Positions 19,650 to 28,744 of a DNA stretch of 64,000 nt are shown piece by piece. A program made the translations under genes and the position numbers. The stretch is from a virus. Numbering within the stretch: the stretch's first letter is position 1; every line of letters starts with the position of its first letter. The DNA is taken from UHGV virus genome UHGV-0277313; one strand, written 5' to 3'. The notes under the pieces were generated by a model that did not search any database, was not told the DNA's origin, and saw only the letters and a list, made by a program, of their open reading frames with translations.

Positions 19650-20168
19650 ATGACAAAGTTTTGTAAGTGCAACTTTAAGAAACCGTTAACAGAACAAACG
19701 TTAGATGGTGATTGGGTTGTTTCTTGTCATAATTGTGGTAAGGAAGTATCAGCTGAAACGAAGTTTGATGCGATTGCCAAATGGGATAAACAATACGGTA
19801 CGAATGTTTGTTTCTGTTGTGAATCAAGCAAGGTATTACCGAAGAATATCAACGCTGCTGAAAGTAATCTGTCTGTAAGTGAAATTGAAAAACGAGCTAA
19901 AAAAGATGCAACTGAAGGGGTTTGTATCTATACATTAAGCCCGTTATATTTACGGACATTAATTTCAAATATTAAGTGTTATGATGTATCGAATGATTGG
20001 TCTTTTGTCATTCTGAAAAACAATGGCGAAAAAATTAATGTTGATACATTCACGTTGTGTAAAGCAGTCGAGGACGATTACGGATATATGTTGTCTATTC
20101 CTATTGATGTGTTTATGCAACATGTTTTAGATGACAACAAAGCTGAAGACAAAGAAGAAGAGGAGTAA
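19650..20168 (+). CDS. Cys-rich (zinc-ribbon-like) N-terminal protein; C-terminal half paralogous to 28415..28744
   Basis: CKCN...CHNCG...CFCC pattern; ...VCIYTLSPLYLRTL... resembles ...YVYTMSPFFLQSL... in 28415. Confidence 0.55.
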   Translation: MTKFCKCNFKKPLTEQTLDGDWVVSCHNCGKEVSAETKFDAIAKWDKQYGTNVCFCCESSKVLPKNINAAESNLSVSEIEKRAKKDATEGVCIYTLSPLYLRTLISNIKCYDVSNDWSFVILKNNGEKINVDTFTLCKAVEDDYGYMLSIPIDVFMQHVLDDNKAEDKEEEE

Positions 20169-20174
20169 AGAATC

Positions 20175-20462
20175 ATGTCAAGAATTGAACGGTTGCGTGA
20201 AGACTATTTTAAAGCTGTTGAAGAAGACAATCAAGAACAGATGAATGAATTGTCTGATAAGATTTCTGAGATTCAACGTAGGCGCGTCTATCAAGCTTGT
20301 GTCGGATGTTTACGTATGTCTGATAATTTCAGTAACTATATGTCATATGTCAAACATTTCACTGAAGAAGCAATGAAGGAGATTTCACCGGCTGATGAAT
20401 CATATGAAATCGGAAGTTATTATACCAAAAACAAACGTCCGTGTGTAGTTGATTTTGATTAG
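20175..20462 (+). CDS. hypothetical protein
   Basis: 95-aa ORF. Confidence 0.5.
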   Translation: MSRIERLREDYFKAVEEDNQEQMNELSDKISEIQRRRVYQACVGCLRMSDNFSNYMSYVKHFTEEAMKEISPADESYEIGSYYTKNKRPCVVDFD

Positions 20463-20472
20463 GTAGGTAAAC

Positions 20473-20784
20473 ATGACATTCCTAGAGATGATTCAAAATA
20501 TACATAACAATCTTAAATCAGGTCAATCAGCTGGTACATATATCCGCGATGAACAGGGTGAAAAACGTATCTTAGGTGAAGACTTGTGTTACATGGATAA
20601 ACCGTTGATTTATGAGATTGATGTGGAACACGTATATCCTGACGATGAAGTCAATAATGGTGATGTGGAAATGATTCGTCATAAAACATGTGCCCCTATT
20701 ACTTCAAATGACTTGATTGCGAATGATTGGCGTCAGTTGACTGATAAAGAAATTGAGGAGTATCAGGGACGCTTTCCAGGTTAA
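20473..20784 (+). CDS. hypothetical protein
   Basis: 103-aa ORF. Confidence 0.5.
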   Translation: MTFLEMIQNIHNNLKSGQSAGTYIRDEQGEKRILGEDLCYMDKPLIYEIDVEHVYPDDEVNNGDVEMIRHKTCAPITSNDLIANDWRQLTDKEIEEYQGRFPG

Positions 20785-20827
20785 GTTAACAATATCATAA
20801 GGAAACCAAAAAGAGGAATTTTGCAAG

Positions 20828-20855
20828 TTGACAATTTTCCTCTTTTTGTTATAAT
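20828..20855 (+). promoter_or_regulatory. sigma70-type promoter (TTGACA N16 TATAAT) embedded in a hairpin
   Basis: aaaaagaggaattttgcaagTTGACAattttcctctttttgtTATAATaaa; the -35 box lies in the loop of an AAAAGAGGAA/TTCCTCTTTTT inverted repeat. Confidence 0.5.
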
Positions 20856-20960
20856 AAACATGTAACATTAAGGAGATTGGTCATGAGAATGAAAATCAAG
20901 TTGAAAAAAGTCAGGATTCGTTAATCATCAAATCGCGACAACCTTAAGGAGATTAAAACA

Positions 20961-21740
20961 ATGATTGAATTTAAAGGTTCACAAAAGGCATTCTTCAAGG
21001 CATATCCGAAGGATAAAAGAAGTCTGAATGAAGTGTATCGTCTGATTTCCTATAACATCATTACTAAACAGGAAACCAAAACATGCTATCAGTTCATTGG
21101 TTCGTTGGGTGAAAAGAACTTTAAGAAAGTTGAAACACCTGAAGATGTTACAGTAACTGAAACTGTTACCGTTAATACAAAAGATACAAATGATACGAAC
21201 GTATCTGATGTACAAAAGGTAGATGATTTAGAATTTGCTAATCCTGATGATGACGTTAAAGAGAAGACTGAAGAAGTAACAGAAGTCAGTGAAGCAAAGG
21301 TGGAAGAAAAGACTGAAGCTGTTAAAGAAGAAAAGCCGAAAAAGAAAACAATCACCGCCAAAAGAAAAGAATTGTTGGACGCTTTTGATGTGTTGAGTGG
21401 AGTTATCGGCATTGAAATTGACGCCGATTGCCCTGTGGATTTCTTTGCATTGATGAATGTTATATCTGAATTCGAACGTGGTGACTTTAGTACTGAACCT
21501 TCGACATATGTTGATATGTTCAAGTATTTCCTGAACAAGTATCCTAAACACGCTAAAGAAATTCAGGTATGCATTGATTATCTGGAAGAAGTTTATAACG
21601 ACATTAGACAAAAGAAAAGCAGCTATGATAAACATGTTTATAACTTCTATAGTCATTGCGGTTTAGGTGCCGAAAAGGAGAAGAAGGAACAACGAAAAAG
21701 TAAAAGTCAAAGCAAGAGTCAGAGGGTACGTAAACGATGA
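20961..21740 (+). CDS. hypothetical protein, MIEFxGSQKxFFKAYPK N-terminal family (paralog 2); acidic/lysine-rich centre
   Basis: MIEFKGSQKAFFKAYPKDKRSLNEVYRLI...YQFIGSLGEKNFKKVE. Confidence 0.6.
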   Translation: MIEFKGSQKAFFKAYPKDKRSLNEVYRLISYNIITKQETKTCYQFIGSLGEKNFKKVETPEDVTVTETVTVNTKDTNDTNVSDVQKVDDLEFANPDDDVKEKTEEVTEVSEAKVEEKTEAVKEEKPKKKTITAKRKELLDAFDVLSGVIGIEIDADCPVDFFALMNVISEFERGDFSTEPSTYVDMFKYFLNKYPKHAKEIQVCIDYLEEVYNDIRQKKSSYDKHVYNFYSHCGLGAEKEKKEQRKSKSQSKSQRVRKR

Positions 21741-21808
21741 TAATTGAAAATGCTTATGTACGGTTTTGAGATTGTTGGCAACATTCACAAAAACAATGGT
21801 GTTGAGAA

Positions 21809-22063
21809 ATGAAGATACAAGATATTTTAAATCAATCCAAGCCGTGTTGGAAATACGCGGCAATGGACCAAAATAAAAGGTGGCGTTGTTATACGGACAA
21901 ACCAAAATTATTATGGAGTTCTTTGGCAGAACAGCAAGGCTTCGACCCTTTTGAATGGGTTATGGTTGACGGCTATAAAATGCCTTGTCTTTCTGATTTC
22001 TTTGACATTGAACCGTTTGACGGTGATTGGAAAGACAGTCTGATTTGTAGAGAGGAGTGCTGA
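21809..22063 (+). CDS. hypothetical protein
   Basis: 84-aa ORF. Confidence 0.5.
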   Translation: MKIQDILNQSKPCWKYAAMDQNKRWRCYTDKPKLLWSSLAEQQGFDPFEWVMVDGYKMPCLSDFFDIEPFDGDWKDSLICREEC

Positions 22064-22065
22064 CT

Positions 22066-22212
22066 ATGATTTGGTGTTTTGTAGTTAGAGTTGTATTTAA
22101 AGACGGAAGAATCGAGGAACAGAGCTTTGCCAGAGAAAGAGACGCATGTGTGTTTTTCGGCGAACTAAAAAATAGAGAAGATGTCAGTAGTGTTAGCTTT
22201 TATATCAAATAA
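22066..22212 (+). CDS. small protein (48 aa), missed by the 60-aa ORF track
   Basis: ATG 22066 after AGAGGAGTGCTGACT; the same initiation context recurs at 22470 and 22694. Confidence 0.4.
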   Translation: MIWCFVVRVVFKDGRIEEQSFARERDACVFFGELKNREDVSSVSFYIK

Positions 22213-22215
22213 GGA

Positions 22216-22455
22216 TTGCGGATTATGGCAACGTTTGAAGAAATGACCGATGAAGAACGCAAAGCCGTTTATGATGAAACATACAAAGACATAGATGGTT
22301 GTTGCTATCCCTGGGAAGAACCTTTTGAAGCTATGAATGGGGTTTGTCCTGATTGCGGGAGGGCCACAACAAATGGCAAATGTGTTTGTGGCTGTTGCTA
22401 TTCTGGGTGTGTTTGTGATACTTGCGGGGCGTGTCCGTGTGATATGTCTTGTTGA
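22216..22455 (+). CDS. small cysteine-rich protein (metal-binding-like)
   Basis: C-terminal half CPDCGRATTNGKCVCGCCYSGCVCDTCGACPCDMSC. Confidence 0.5.
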   Translation: MRIMATFEEMTDEERKAVYDETYKDIDGCCYPWEEPFEAMNGVCPDCGRATTNGKCVCGCCYSGCVCDTCGACPCDMSC

Positions 22456-22469
22456 ATGGAGTGCGAATT

Positions 22470-22691
22470 ATGACAACGTGGTTAGTAGCATTTAAAGAGA
22501 GAACCTTTCTTACAATGGTTGAAGGTGGTTGCATAAAAACTTCTTTGATCAGTGAAACAATAAAAACAGAAATAAATAATTGTTTTGAACCAACAGAAGA
22601 GGGAATTAAAATTTTCAAGAAGTTCCACGAAGGCGTAGATGGACATTATTCGATTGAAATAGAAGTTTTATCCTGGTCTGAAATAAAATAG
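22470..22691 (+). CDS. hypothetical small protein
   Basis: ATG after GGAGTGCGAATT. Confidence 0.5.
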   Translation: MTTWLVAFKERTFLTMVEGGCIKTSLISETIKTEINNCFEPTEEGIKIFKKFHEGVDGHYSIEIEVLSWSEIK

Positions 22692-22693
22692 GA

Positions 22694-22990
22694 GTGCGGA
22701 CTATGAACATAGAAAATGAATTAAAACACAAAGCTTGTAACATAGACTTATTCACAAAAAAGGCGGTTGAAGATGTTGCGGCTTTAGGGGAGTACACCGG
22801 TTTGTTGCTTGACCTGTCAAATCAAATTCAAATGGAAATGGAGATGTTGCGTGAGCAGAATAAAAAACTTAAAGAAACTCTGGAGTTCTATGCTTCCGGA
22901 CAGCACATCGACTCAATTTCAACCGGAAGTTCATATTCAATTAGAATTGAAGACGGAACGAAAGCTAAAGATTGCTTAAAGGAGATATGA
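22694..22990 (+). CDS. hypothetical protein
   Basis: ATG after GGAGTGCGGACT; ends KAKDCLKEI. Confidence 0.5.
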   Translation: MRTMNIENELKHKACNIDLFTKKAVEDVAALGEYTGLLLDLSNQIQMEMEMLREQNKKLKETLEFYASGQHIDSISTGSSYSIRIEDGTKAKDCLKEI

Positions 22991-23003
22991 ACATGATTAC
23001 ATT

Positions 23004-23577
23004 TAACGGATCTCAAAAACAATTTTTTAAGGCTTATCCAAAAGAAAAGAGAAGCTTGAAAGAAACATATAAGCTTATCAATTCTGCTGGTGAAATTGAA
23101 TACAAATTTATCGGTGGTCTTGGTGAGAAATGTTTCAAGAAGTTCGTAAAGAATGATACTGAGTTGAAAGAAATAGAAAACATTAAAAAGAAAGAAACCA
23201 AACCAAAAAGAAAAATACTACTAAAATGGGAAGAAAAATGGGAAGAAAAATATGGTAGAAGCTTTGATGAAATGTGGAGCGAAATGGTGTGGGAACATGG
23301 TTTCACTACATCGAATGAAGATGCGTATTCTTGTTTAAAAGATGCATATGATAATATACAGGATATCCTGACAGATGAAGAAAAAGTATGTTGTGAACAT
23401 ATTCTTGAAATATTCAAAGTTTTTGGGAAACTTCCAACAGAAGATTACTATGACTTTTTTGTAAAGGTATCAAAAAGAATAAAAAAATCTAAGATAAAGG
23501 AAAAATGGGATAAAGCTTGTGTAAGTTATGTTTACTATTATTGGGATTATCAAAACTATCTTGAAAGTAGTTATTAA
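23004..23577 (+). CDS. hypothetical protein, MIxFNGSQKxFFKAYPK N-terminal family (paralog 3)
   Basis: MITFNGSQKQFFKAYPKEKRSLKETYKLI...YKFIGGLGEKCFKKFV; ATG nine nt after AAGGAG. Confidence 0.6.
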
Positions 23578-23598
23578 TAAAAGAAAAGGAGGCTGAAT

Positions 23599-23799
23599 AT
23601 GAAGAAATGTAAAAATTGTTGCGGAAACGTCATTGATATTGTGGAAAAGGTGCGAACTATCATAACGCCTGTTGGACACAATGAACGGCCTTTTGGTAGT
23701 GTATTTGTAGCAAGATGTCCAAATTGTCGTTCGGAATCTTCACGCTATTTGACGGAAGAAGAAGCTGAAACAAAAGGCGTTGCCGAGGTGTTTGAATAG
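23599..23799 (+). CDS. small zinc-ribbon protein
   Basis: CKNCCGN...CPNCRS forms a 4-Cys pattern; SD AAGGAGG. Confidence 0.5.
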   Translation: MKKCKNCCGNVIDIVEKVRTIITPVGHNERPFGSVFVARCPNCRSESSRYLTEEEAETKGVAEVFE

Positions 23800-23810
23800 G
23801 TAGGTAAATC

Positions 23811-23993
23811 ATGAGTAATCAACGAGATATAATTATATGGAAGCTCGACAAAGACCTTGCTAAAGCTCGCTTAGCTTTGGCTAAGATACATGTGATAATA
23901 GACAAGATTCCCTTTTGGAATGCAGATATAGCAGAAATTGAAAAAGTTCTGCAGGAGTTTTTTGAAGATGATGAAAAGGCTGAAAGGAAATGA
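23811..23993 (+). CDS. hypothetical small protein
   Basis: 60-aa ORF. Confidence 0.45.
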   Translation: MSNQRDIIIWKLDKDLAKARLALAKIHVIIDKIPFWNADIAEIEKVLQEFFEDDEKAERK

Positions 23994-24307
23994 ATATGAA
24001 TTTTAACATTGGTAAACCTTTAGATGAAGTGTTAAAAGACATCGCGAACATTGCTAGAAGTTATGACGATGATAAAAAGAAGCTTCCGTTGAATAATAAG
24101 TTTCTTCAAAAGGTAACAGAATACATTGCTAATTTCACAAAAGATGAACAGTGGACTGATGCCAAAAGAGACTTGTTGTTCGATTGTTTGATTTCGCAAG
24201 CTGCATGTGAACGTCATTTTTATGATTTGATTAATGAACCGGATCTAGCAATCTTTTATTATCATATTCAATGTTCTTTATCAACTGTGAAATGTAATAT
24301 GGTATGA
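23990..24307 (+). CDS. hypothetical protein
   Basis: ATGA-coupled ORF. Confidence 0.5.
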   Translation: MNMNFNIGKPLDEVLKDIANIARSYDDDKKKLPLNNKFLQKVTEYIANFTKDEQWTDAKRDLLFDCLISQAACERHFYDLINEPDLAIFYYHIQCSLSTVKCNMV

Positions 24308-24630
24308 AGAAACTATTGACATTGGTCTTTTTTGTTGGTATACTATGTGTATCAAATAAAGCAAGGGGTGGATGGACATCTATTCAATCTGAAATGTTTT
24401 TTGCAGGGTGTAGTGATGAATGTATCAGTGCAAGTGAGACAGTATCGGATTTAGTGAATGTACATTCATATTGTGAATGTTTCTGTCATGAGATACTTCA
24501 TAATTCTAAATCATTTTATCAAGCGAATCAATTCGTTCAGAATGCTTTAGATGGTGTTGAGAAGGAAAGAAAGCGATTCGATGAAATGATGTATCAATGT
24601 TTTGTCATTAATCAAAAAGGAGAGTTTTAA
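24304..24630 (+). CDS. secreted Cys-rich protein (signal peptide)
   Basis: N-terminal MKKLLTLVFFVGILCVS looks like a signal peptide; 8 Cys in the mature part. Confidence 0.5.
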   Translation: MKKLLTLVFFVGILCVSNKARGGWTSIQSEMFFAGCSDECISASETVSDLVNVHSYCECFCHEILHNSKSFYQANQFVQNALDGVEKERKRFDEMMYQCFVINQKGEF

Positions 24631-24732
24631 ATGACAACAGAGTTTAAAGAAATGCTGATGTTTATCGGCAAGTTCAGTCTTGCATCAATTGCAGGTGGTG
24701 TTCTTGTTTCGGCAATCATTTGGTATTTGTAA
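24631..24732 (+). CDS. small single-TM peptide (33 aa)
   Basis: MTTEFKEMLMFIGKFSLASIAGGVLVSAIIWYL; missed by the ORF track. Confidence 0.3.
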   Translation: MTTEFKEMLMFIGKFSLASIAGGVLVSAIIWYL

Positions 24733-24758
24733 GAATAATGTGAAAGGAAGAAAAAGAG

Positions 24759-25304
24759 ATGTTTAAGATTTGGAAATTAAAACAGGAAAAACGGGAAAGA
24801 AAAATGGTACTGGAACATCGCGAAAAGATGCATAATGATTTCGTGAAGAATGAATATCAGTGTTTCGAGATGGTTCGTAATCGTGGTAAACAGTTCAGTA
24901 AAGCTATTGATGCTTTGAATATATGTTTCGTAGAAATGTGTTGGGCAGTTTATCAAAAGAACGAAAGTTTTAATGACATTTATGCATTCATCAAAGCTTT
25001 ATATAATTATACACACACATCCGATCTTGTCAAAGATATTGTCGAGCTGAATGACAAATTGTTTAAAGTTGAAAGTTTGATGGAGAAACATCTTCGTGAA
25101 ACTTCTGAACTGAAAACGAAAAAGTTGAAAGCTATTGATATTTCTGAACCGGCTGAATTGGCTGAATTGCAAGAATGGGAAAATAAACGGGAAGAAGAAT
25201 ATAATGACCTGGCAACATTGTTTCATGAAATCGATTCTTCTGTAACAGCTAAACGTTCAGCTTGTGTTGACGAAATCTTTCGTATCTTTACCCGCATGAA
25301 ATGA
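24759..25304 (+). CDS. hypothetical protein
   Basis: 181-aa ORF after GGAAGAAAAAGAG. Confidence 0.5.
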   Translation: MFKIWKLKQEKRERKMVLEHREKMHNDFVKNEYQCFEMVRNRGKQFSKAIDALNICFVEMCWAVYQKNESFNDIYAFIKALYNYTHTSDLVKDIVELNDKLFKVESLMEKHLRETSELKTKKLKAIDISEPAELAELQEWENKREEEYNDLATLFHEIDSSVTAKRSACVDEIFRIFTRMK

Positions 25305-25412
25305 CTTTAAGACTCTAGGATAGCTTCTGGGATGATTTAGGTCTAGTTATACCTGAAACATTGTCCGGCTATTCTAGAGCCTTTATTTTGTCTTTATGAA
25401 AGGATTAGACAA

Positions 25413-25583
25413 ATGAAGAAGAAGTTGTTGTTGAGTGTAATGATTGTTATGACATGTTTTGTCACTGATGCCTATGCACAACGCGGGTGTTGCAGTTGGC
25501 ATGGTGGTGTAAGTGGTTGTACTATCAGTGGCCGTGTCATATGCAATGATGGTACGCTGTCACCGAGTTGTACGTGCAGATAG
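25413..25583 (+). CDS. secreted cysteine-rich peptide (56 aa precursor; about 34-aa mature part with 7 Cys)
   Basis: MKKKLLLSVMIVMTCFVTDAYA | QRGCCSWHGGVSGCTISGRVICNDGTLSPSCTCR; AGGATTAGACAA upstream; missed by the ORF track. Confidence 0.45.
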   Translation: MKKKLLLSVMIVMTCFVTDAYAQRGCCSWHGGVSGCTISGRVICNDGTLSPSCTCR

Positions 25584-25598
25584 TGAAAGATTAATTCT

Positions 25599-25922
25599 AT
25601 GTACCTGATTAACTTCTGGACACATATGTTTGACTTCAAAGGCAATATTGGGGTTTTTGAATTCTGGATTCCTATTGTCTTTTATCACTTTGCTTTTTAT
25701 GTAACAGGATTTTTACCTGAAAATTTGTTTGAAGTCGTCGTGTCTTTTTACATCATTGGATATCTGATTGCTTCTATTTCTTCCGGTGTTCGTAGATTGC
25801 ACGATATTGACTTTTCAGGGTTCTGGATCTTTTTAGGTTTTCTTCCTGTATTTAATGTGGCTTTGACTATGATGTGGCTTTTGCCGTCTAGTGTAGTAAA
25901 AGAAAATTGTTGCATAGAATAA
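25599..25922 (+). CDS. DUF805-family inner-membrane protein
   Basis: RRLHDIDFSGFW resembles the DUF805 RLHDxGxSGWW box; 3-4 TM segments. Confidence 0.55.
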   Translation: MYLINFWTHMFDFKGNIGVFEFWIPIVFYHFAFYVTGFLPENLFEVVVSFYIIGYLIASISSGVRRLHDIDFSGFWIFLGFLPVFNVALTMMWLLPSSVVKENCCIE

Positions 25923-25960
25923 TGACTGAAGAAAAAGGGTTGTTGAAGGAGATTCGAAAT

Positions 25961-26155
25961 ATGTCTGATTATGGTGCTAAACTTCCAATTATTATTCACA
26001 TCGGACAACAGTTTAAAAAGAATGGTATTGTCTATGAAGTGAAAGCTCAAACAACATCAAGCGTGTTAATAAAAAATACGACTACAGGAAAACAGGAATG
26101 GAAACCGATTGAATCTTTGGGAGGAAATGCAGGTGGCTGTGAAATTGTTGGCTGA
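25961..26155 (+). CDS. hypothetical small protein
   Basis: ATG 25961 after GAAGGAG. Confidence 0.45.
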   Translation: MSDYGAKLPIIIHIGQQFKKNGIVYEVKAQTTSSVLIKNTTTGKQEWKPIESLGGNAGGCEIVG

Positions 26156-26271
26156 ATGTAAATAAAATAATAGTGAAGAAAAACTGTTGACAAAGAATAG
26201 TAATTTGTGTTTTATTATTTTTTAGGGGTTAATCGTTAACTAAATTAAATTGCTATTAGGAGGAGAATTAC

Positions 26272-26637
26272 ATGGCACATTTAAGTTTTTGTTCTAATCT
26301 GTTCATCTATTTTGTGATCGGATTTTCAACATACAAATTAGGGGTTGAAACAACTTGGTCTATTGGTTTGTTTTATCTGTCTTCAGTGTTGTTGATTATC
26401 ATGTGTGTTGAACGTGAATTGGGTGCTAAAAGGGAAGATGAATTAGAAAGGTTGTTGAAAAAGAACAACATCGACTTTTATGATGAAGACGAAGAAAACA
26501 TTAATGCACTTGAAGAAGCTGTTACTCAATTGAAAAATTTGAGAAAAACATTTAAGAAGAATAAAGAAGCAGATAAAGTTAAAGATGATAAAGATGAAGT
26601 AACGTCTGTATCTGAAGAAACTAAACAGTCAGAATAA
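26272..26637 (+). CDS. membrane protein with a charged C-terminal tail
   Basis: 2 TM segments then KREDELERLLKK...; SD AGGAGGAG. Confidence 0.5.
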   Translation: MAHLSFCSNLFIYFVIGFSTYKLGVETTWSIGLFYLSSVLLIIMCVERELGAKREDELERLLKKNNIDFYDEDEENINALEEAVTQLKNLRKTFKKNKEADKVKDDKDEVTSVSEETKQSE

Positions 26638-26667
26638 CTATCTTCTGTAATCATCTATCTAAACAAC

Positions 26668-26708
26668 AAAAAGCAAGAGTGTGAAATATAACCCTTGCTT
26701 TTATTTAT
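26668..26708 (+). terminator. rho-independent terminator
   Basis: AAAGCAAGAG-loop-CCCTTGCTTTTATTTAT. Confidence 0.55.
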
Positions 26709-26721
26709 GGGATGAAAGGTA

Positions 26722-27012
26722 ATGTTTGACATGTCTATTTACTCTTGGTTAAAAGCTATGACATTAAAAGCAGGTCATTTGCTTAATAAAGATAATGTTC
26801 GTTTTACTGGATGGACAACTGCAAGCTCGACTTTATATTTTCGTTTGTATTATCAATACGGGAATTTTCTCAGTTATGATTATATTCTTGCTGATCCTTT
26901 GATACAACAGCTGTCTATCGAACAAATATTGAGTGATGGGATTGTTTTTAAATACGAAGATAATTTCTTAACGATAGAAGAAATAGGAAACGAAGCGTTC
27001 AATAAAATTTAG
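26722..27012 (+). CDS. hypothetical protein, C-terminal-motif family (ends IGNEAFNKI)
   Basis: ORF. Confidence 0.55.
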   Translation: MFDMSIYSWLKAMTLKAGHLLNKDNVRFTGWTTASSTLYFRLYYQYGNFLSYDYILADPLIQQLSIEQILSDGIVFKYEDNFLTIEEIGNEAFNKI

Positions 27013-27029
27013 ATAGAAAGGAAATAGCA

Positions 27030-27329
27030 ATGCGAATAGGCGATGATAAAATTCTTGATATCTTAAATGAAAAAGCAGCAGATATCATCATTGAAGGGTG
27101 TAAGGTTCATTTCACTAAACTGATTCAATTTAATCTTAATCAATGGTACACTGTCTTTAATTACAAAAGAGGAAAAGGCTGCTGTGAAGAGTCAGATATT
27201 ATCTATATCGATCATGCGATTATGGATACTGATGTTGATGTTTTAGAAAGAGGTGCGACTACATTTAAATTTAAAAATAATTATTTAACAATAAGTAATA
27301 TAGGAAAAGAAACCCTTAACAACATTTAA
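27030..27329 (+). CDS. hypothetical protein, C-terminal-motif family (ends IGKETLNNI)
   Basis: ORF after AAAGGAAATAGC. Confidence 0.55.
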   Translation: MRIGDDKILDILNEKAADIIIEGCKVHFTKLIQFNLNQWYTVFNYKRGKGCCEESDIIYIDHAIMDTDVDVLERGATTFKFKNNYLTISNIGKETLNNI

Positions 27330-27493
27330 CATATATTTTACAGACACTCAACTTTAAGTTGCTGTTCTATAGTATATGCATTTTCGCCATTTTGGCTTTT
27401 TTGATTTCCACAAATGGTTGTATAAATATATGATGAATAATACGGTATTTATGTTTAAGTACCAATTATTCAGTTTTGGAATAGTTGATTGCT

Positions 27494-28144
27494 TCAGCTA
27501 TCAATCTTTCTGACAGGAACATTGATTCCTTCCTGTAACGAAGCAAGCAGGTACATCAGATTACCTTTAGTAAGATTAACGTCAGGCCAAATACCGTATT
27601 CAATCAACGGATAAGCTTTATGTAGTTCAGACCATCTGTCAATCTTCTTGATGAATGTTTCAATCTGAAGGATGTCACGGCTTTCTTCAAGTAAACGATC
27701 ACCTGCGTATTCAATTTTATTCCATTCATCAATAACCTGTTCTTTTGTCTTTGTCAGAACAGGTTTAGGAATCGTTACAATAACTTCATCATCACCGTCA
27801 GGTATGTGCGCAGGTTCTTCTTTAATCGTTGCTGTAGCGTCTTTATTTTCAATTGTAGACGGTGTTTCTGTTACTTCTGTGACTGTTGTAGCTTTACCTA
27901 ATTTTAAAGCTTTATAGTCAGCCCATCTTTTTGTTACAGCGGCACGTGCTTTATCACTTCTATCTTTATATTTTTTATTCTGTTTATCTAGCATGTATTT
28001 GATAATTGTCCATGCTTTGCAATCTTCAACAACATAATCAGGGTAATAAATAATTCCTTTCATTATTTCCATCTGTTTGTCTGTCGGCAATGTGGAAATG
28101 ATGTCTTTGAATTCCGGTTCAATCGAAACTTTATAGCTTCCCAT
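27494..28144 (-). CDS. hypothetical protein (minus strand)
   Basis: 216-aa ORF on the minus strand; divergent promoter region 28145-28414. Confidence 0.6.
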   Translation of the reverse strand: MGSYKVSIEPEFKDIISTLPTDKQMEIMKGIIYYPDYVVEDCKAWTIIKYMLDKQNKKYKDRSDKARAAVTKRWADYKALKLGKATTVTEVTETPSTIENKDATATIKEEPAHIPDGDDEVIVTIPKPVLTKTKEQVIDEWNKIEYAGDRLLEESRDILQIETFIKKIDRWSELHKAYPLIEYGIWPDVNLTKGNLMYLLASLQEGINVPVRKIDS

Positions 28145-28414
28145 TTTTTAAAATAGCCTTTATACAATTGTGAATAAAAATATAGGTAAACTATATGAAA
28201 TAGAATCACTGTTGTCAATATCTTTTTTTGTTCACTGTATCTTTTTACAATTATATGATAAGTGTACATTGTTTACATTTCATACGTTCGTATAATTCGT
28301 ATGGTATCTATAGGTGTGTAAAAATGTTTAATCATCATATTTAACAATAAAGACTTGACAAATATGTGGCTATATGATAAGTTGATGTTTGTAAATTAAT
28401 AGAAAGGAAGACTA

Positions 28415-28744
28415 ATGCCTATTTGTTATGTGTGTGAATCAAGTTTAGCATTGCCTAAAGGAGTATCGACTGAAGAATGTAATTTGTCGATAGATGAAAC
28501 AATACAGAAAGCTGAAGAAGTTGCAATGACAGGAGAGTATGTTTATACTATGTCACCTTTCTTTCTTCAGTCGTTGGTTTTGTTTGCTGATCAAAAAGGT
28601 GTCTTGAATCGTTGGTATTTTATATTATTGCATGACAACGGTTCAAAAGAAGACAAGACAGATAAACGTGAAGATTTGTTTGCAATGATGACATCCCCGT
28701 TGGATCGTTTATTCATGGTCCCTTTTAATGAGGATAATGAATGA
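28415..28744 (+). CDS. hypothetical protein, paralog of the C-terminal half of 19650..20168
   Basis: CYVCESS...YVYTMSPFFLQSL; AAAGGAAG upstream. Confidence 0.5.
   Translation: MPICYVCESSLALPKGVSTEECNLSIDETIQKAEEVAMTGEYVYTMSPFFLQSLVLFADQKGVLNRWYFILLHDNGSKEDKTDKREDLFAMMTSPLDRLFMVPFNEDNE

Noticed and set aside
25311-25377. Long-range inverted repeat GACTCTAGGATAGC...GCTATTCTAGAGCC as a transposon end pair
   Set aside because: It is a single 14-bp imperfect pair enclosing 43 bp of non-coding sequence, with no transposase nearby. It is more likely a terminator or operator hairpin.
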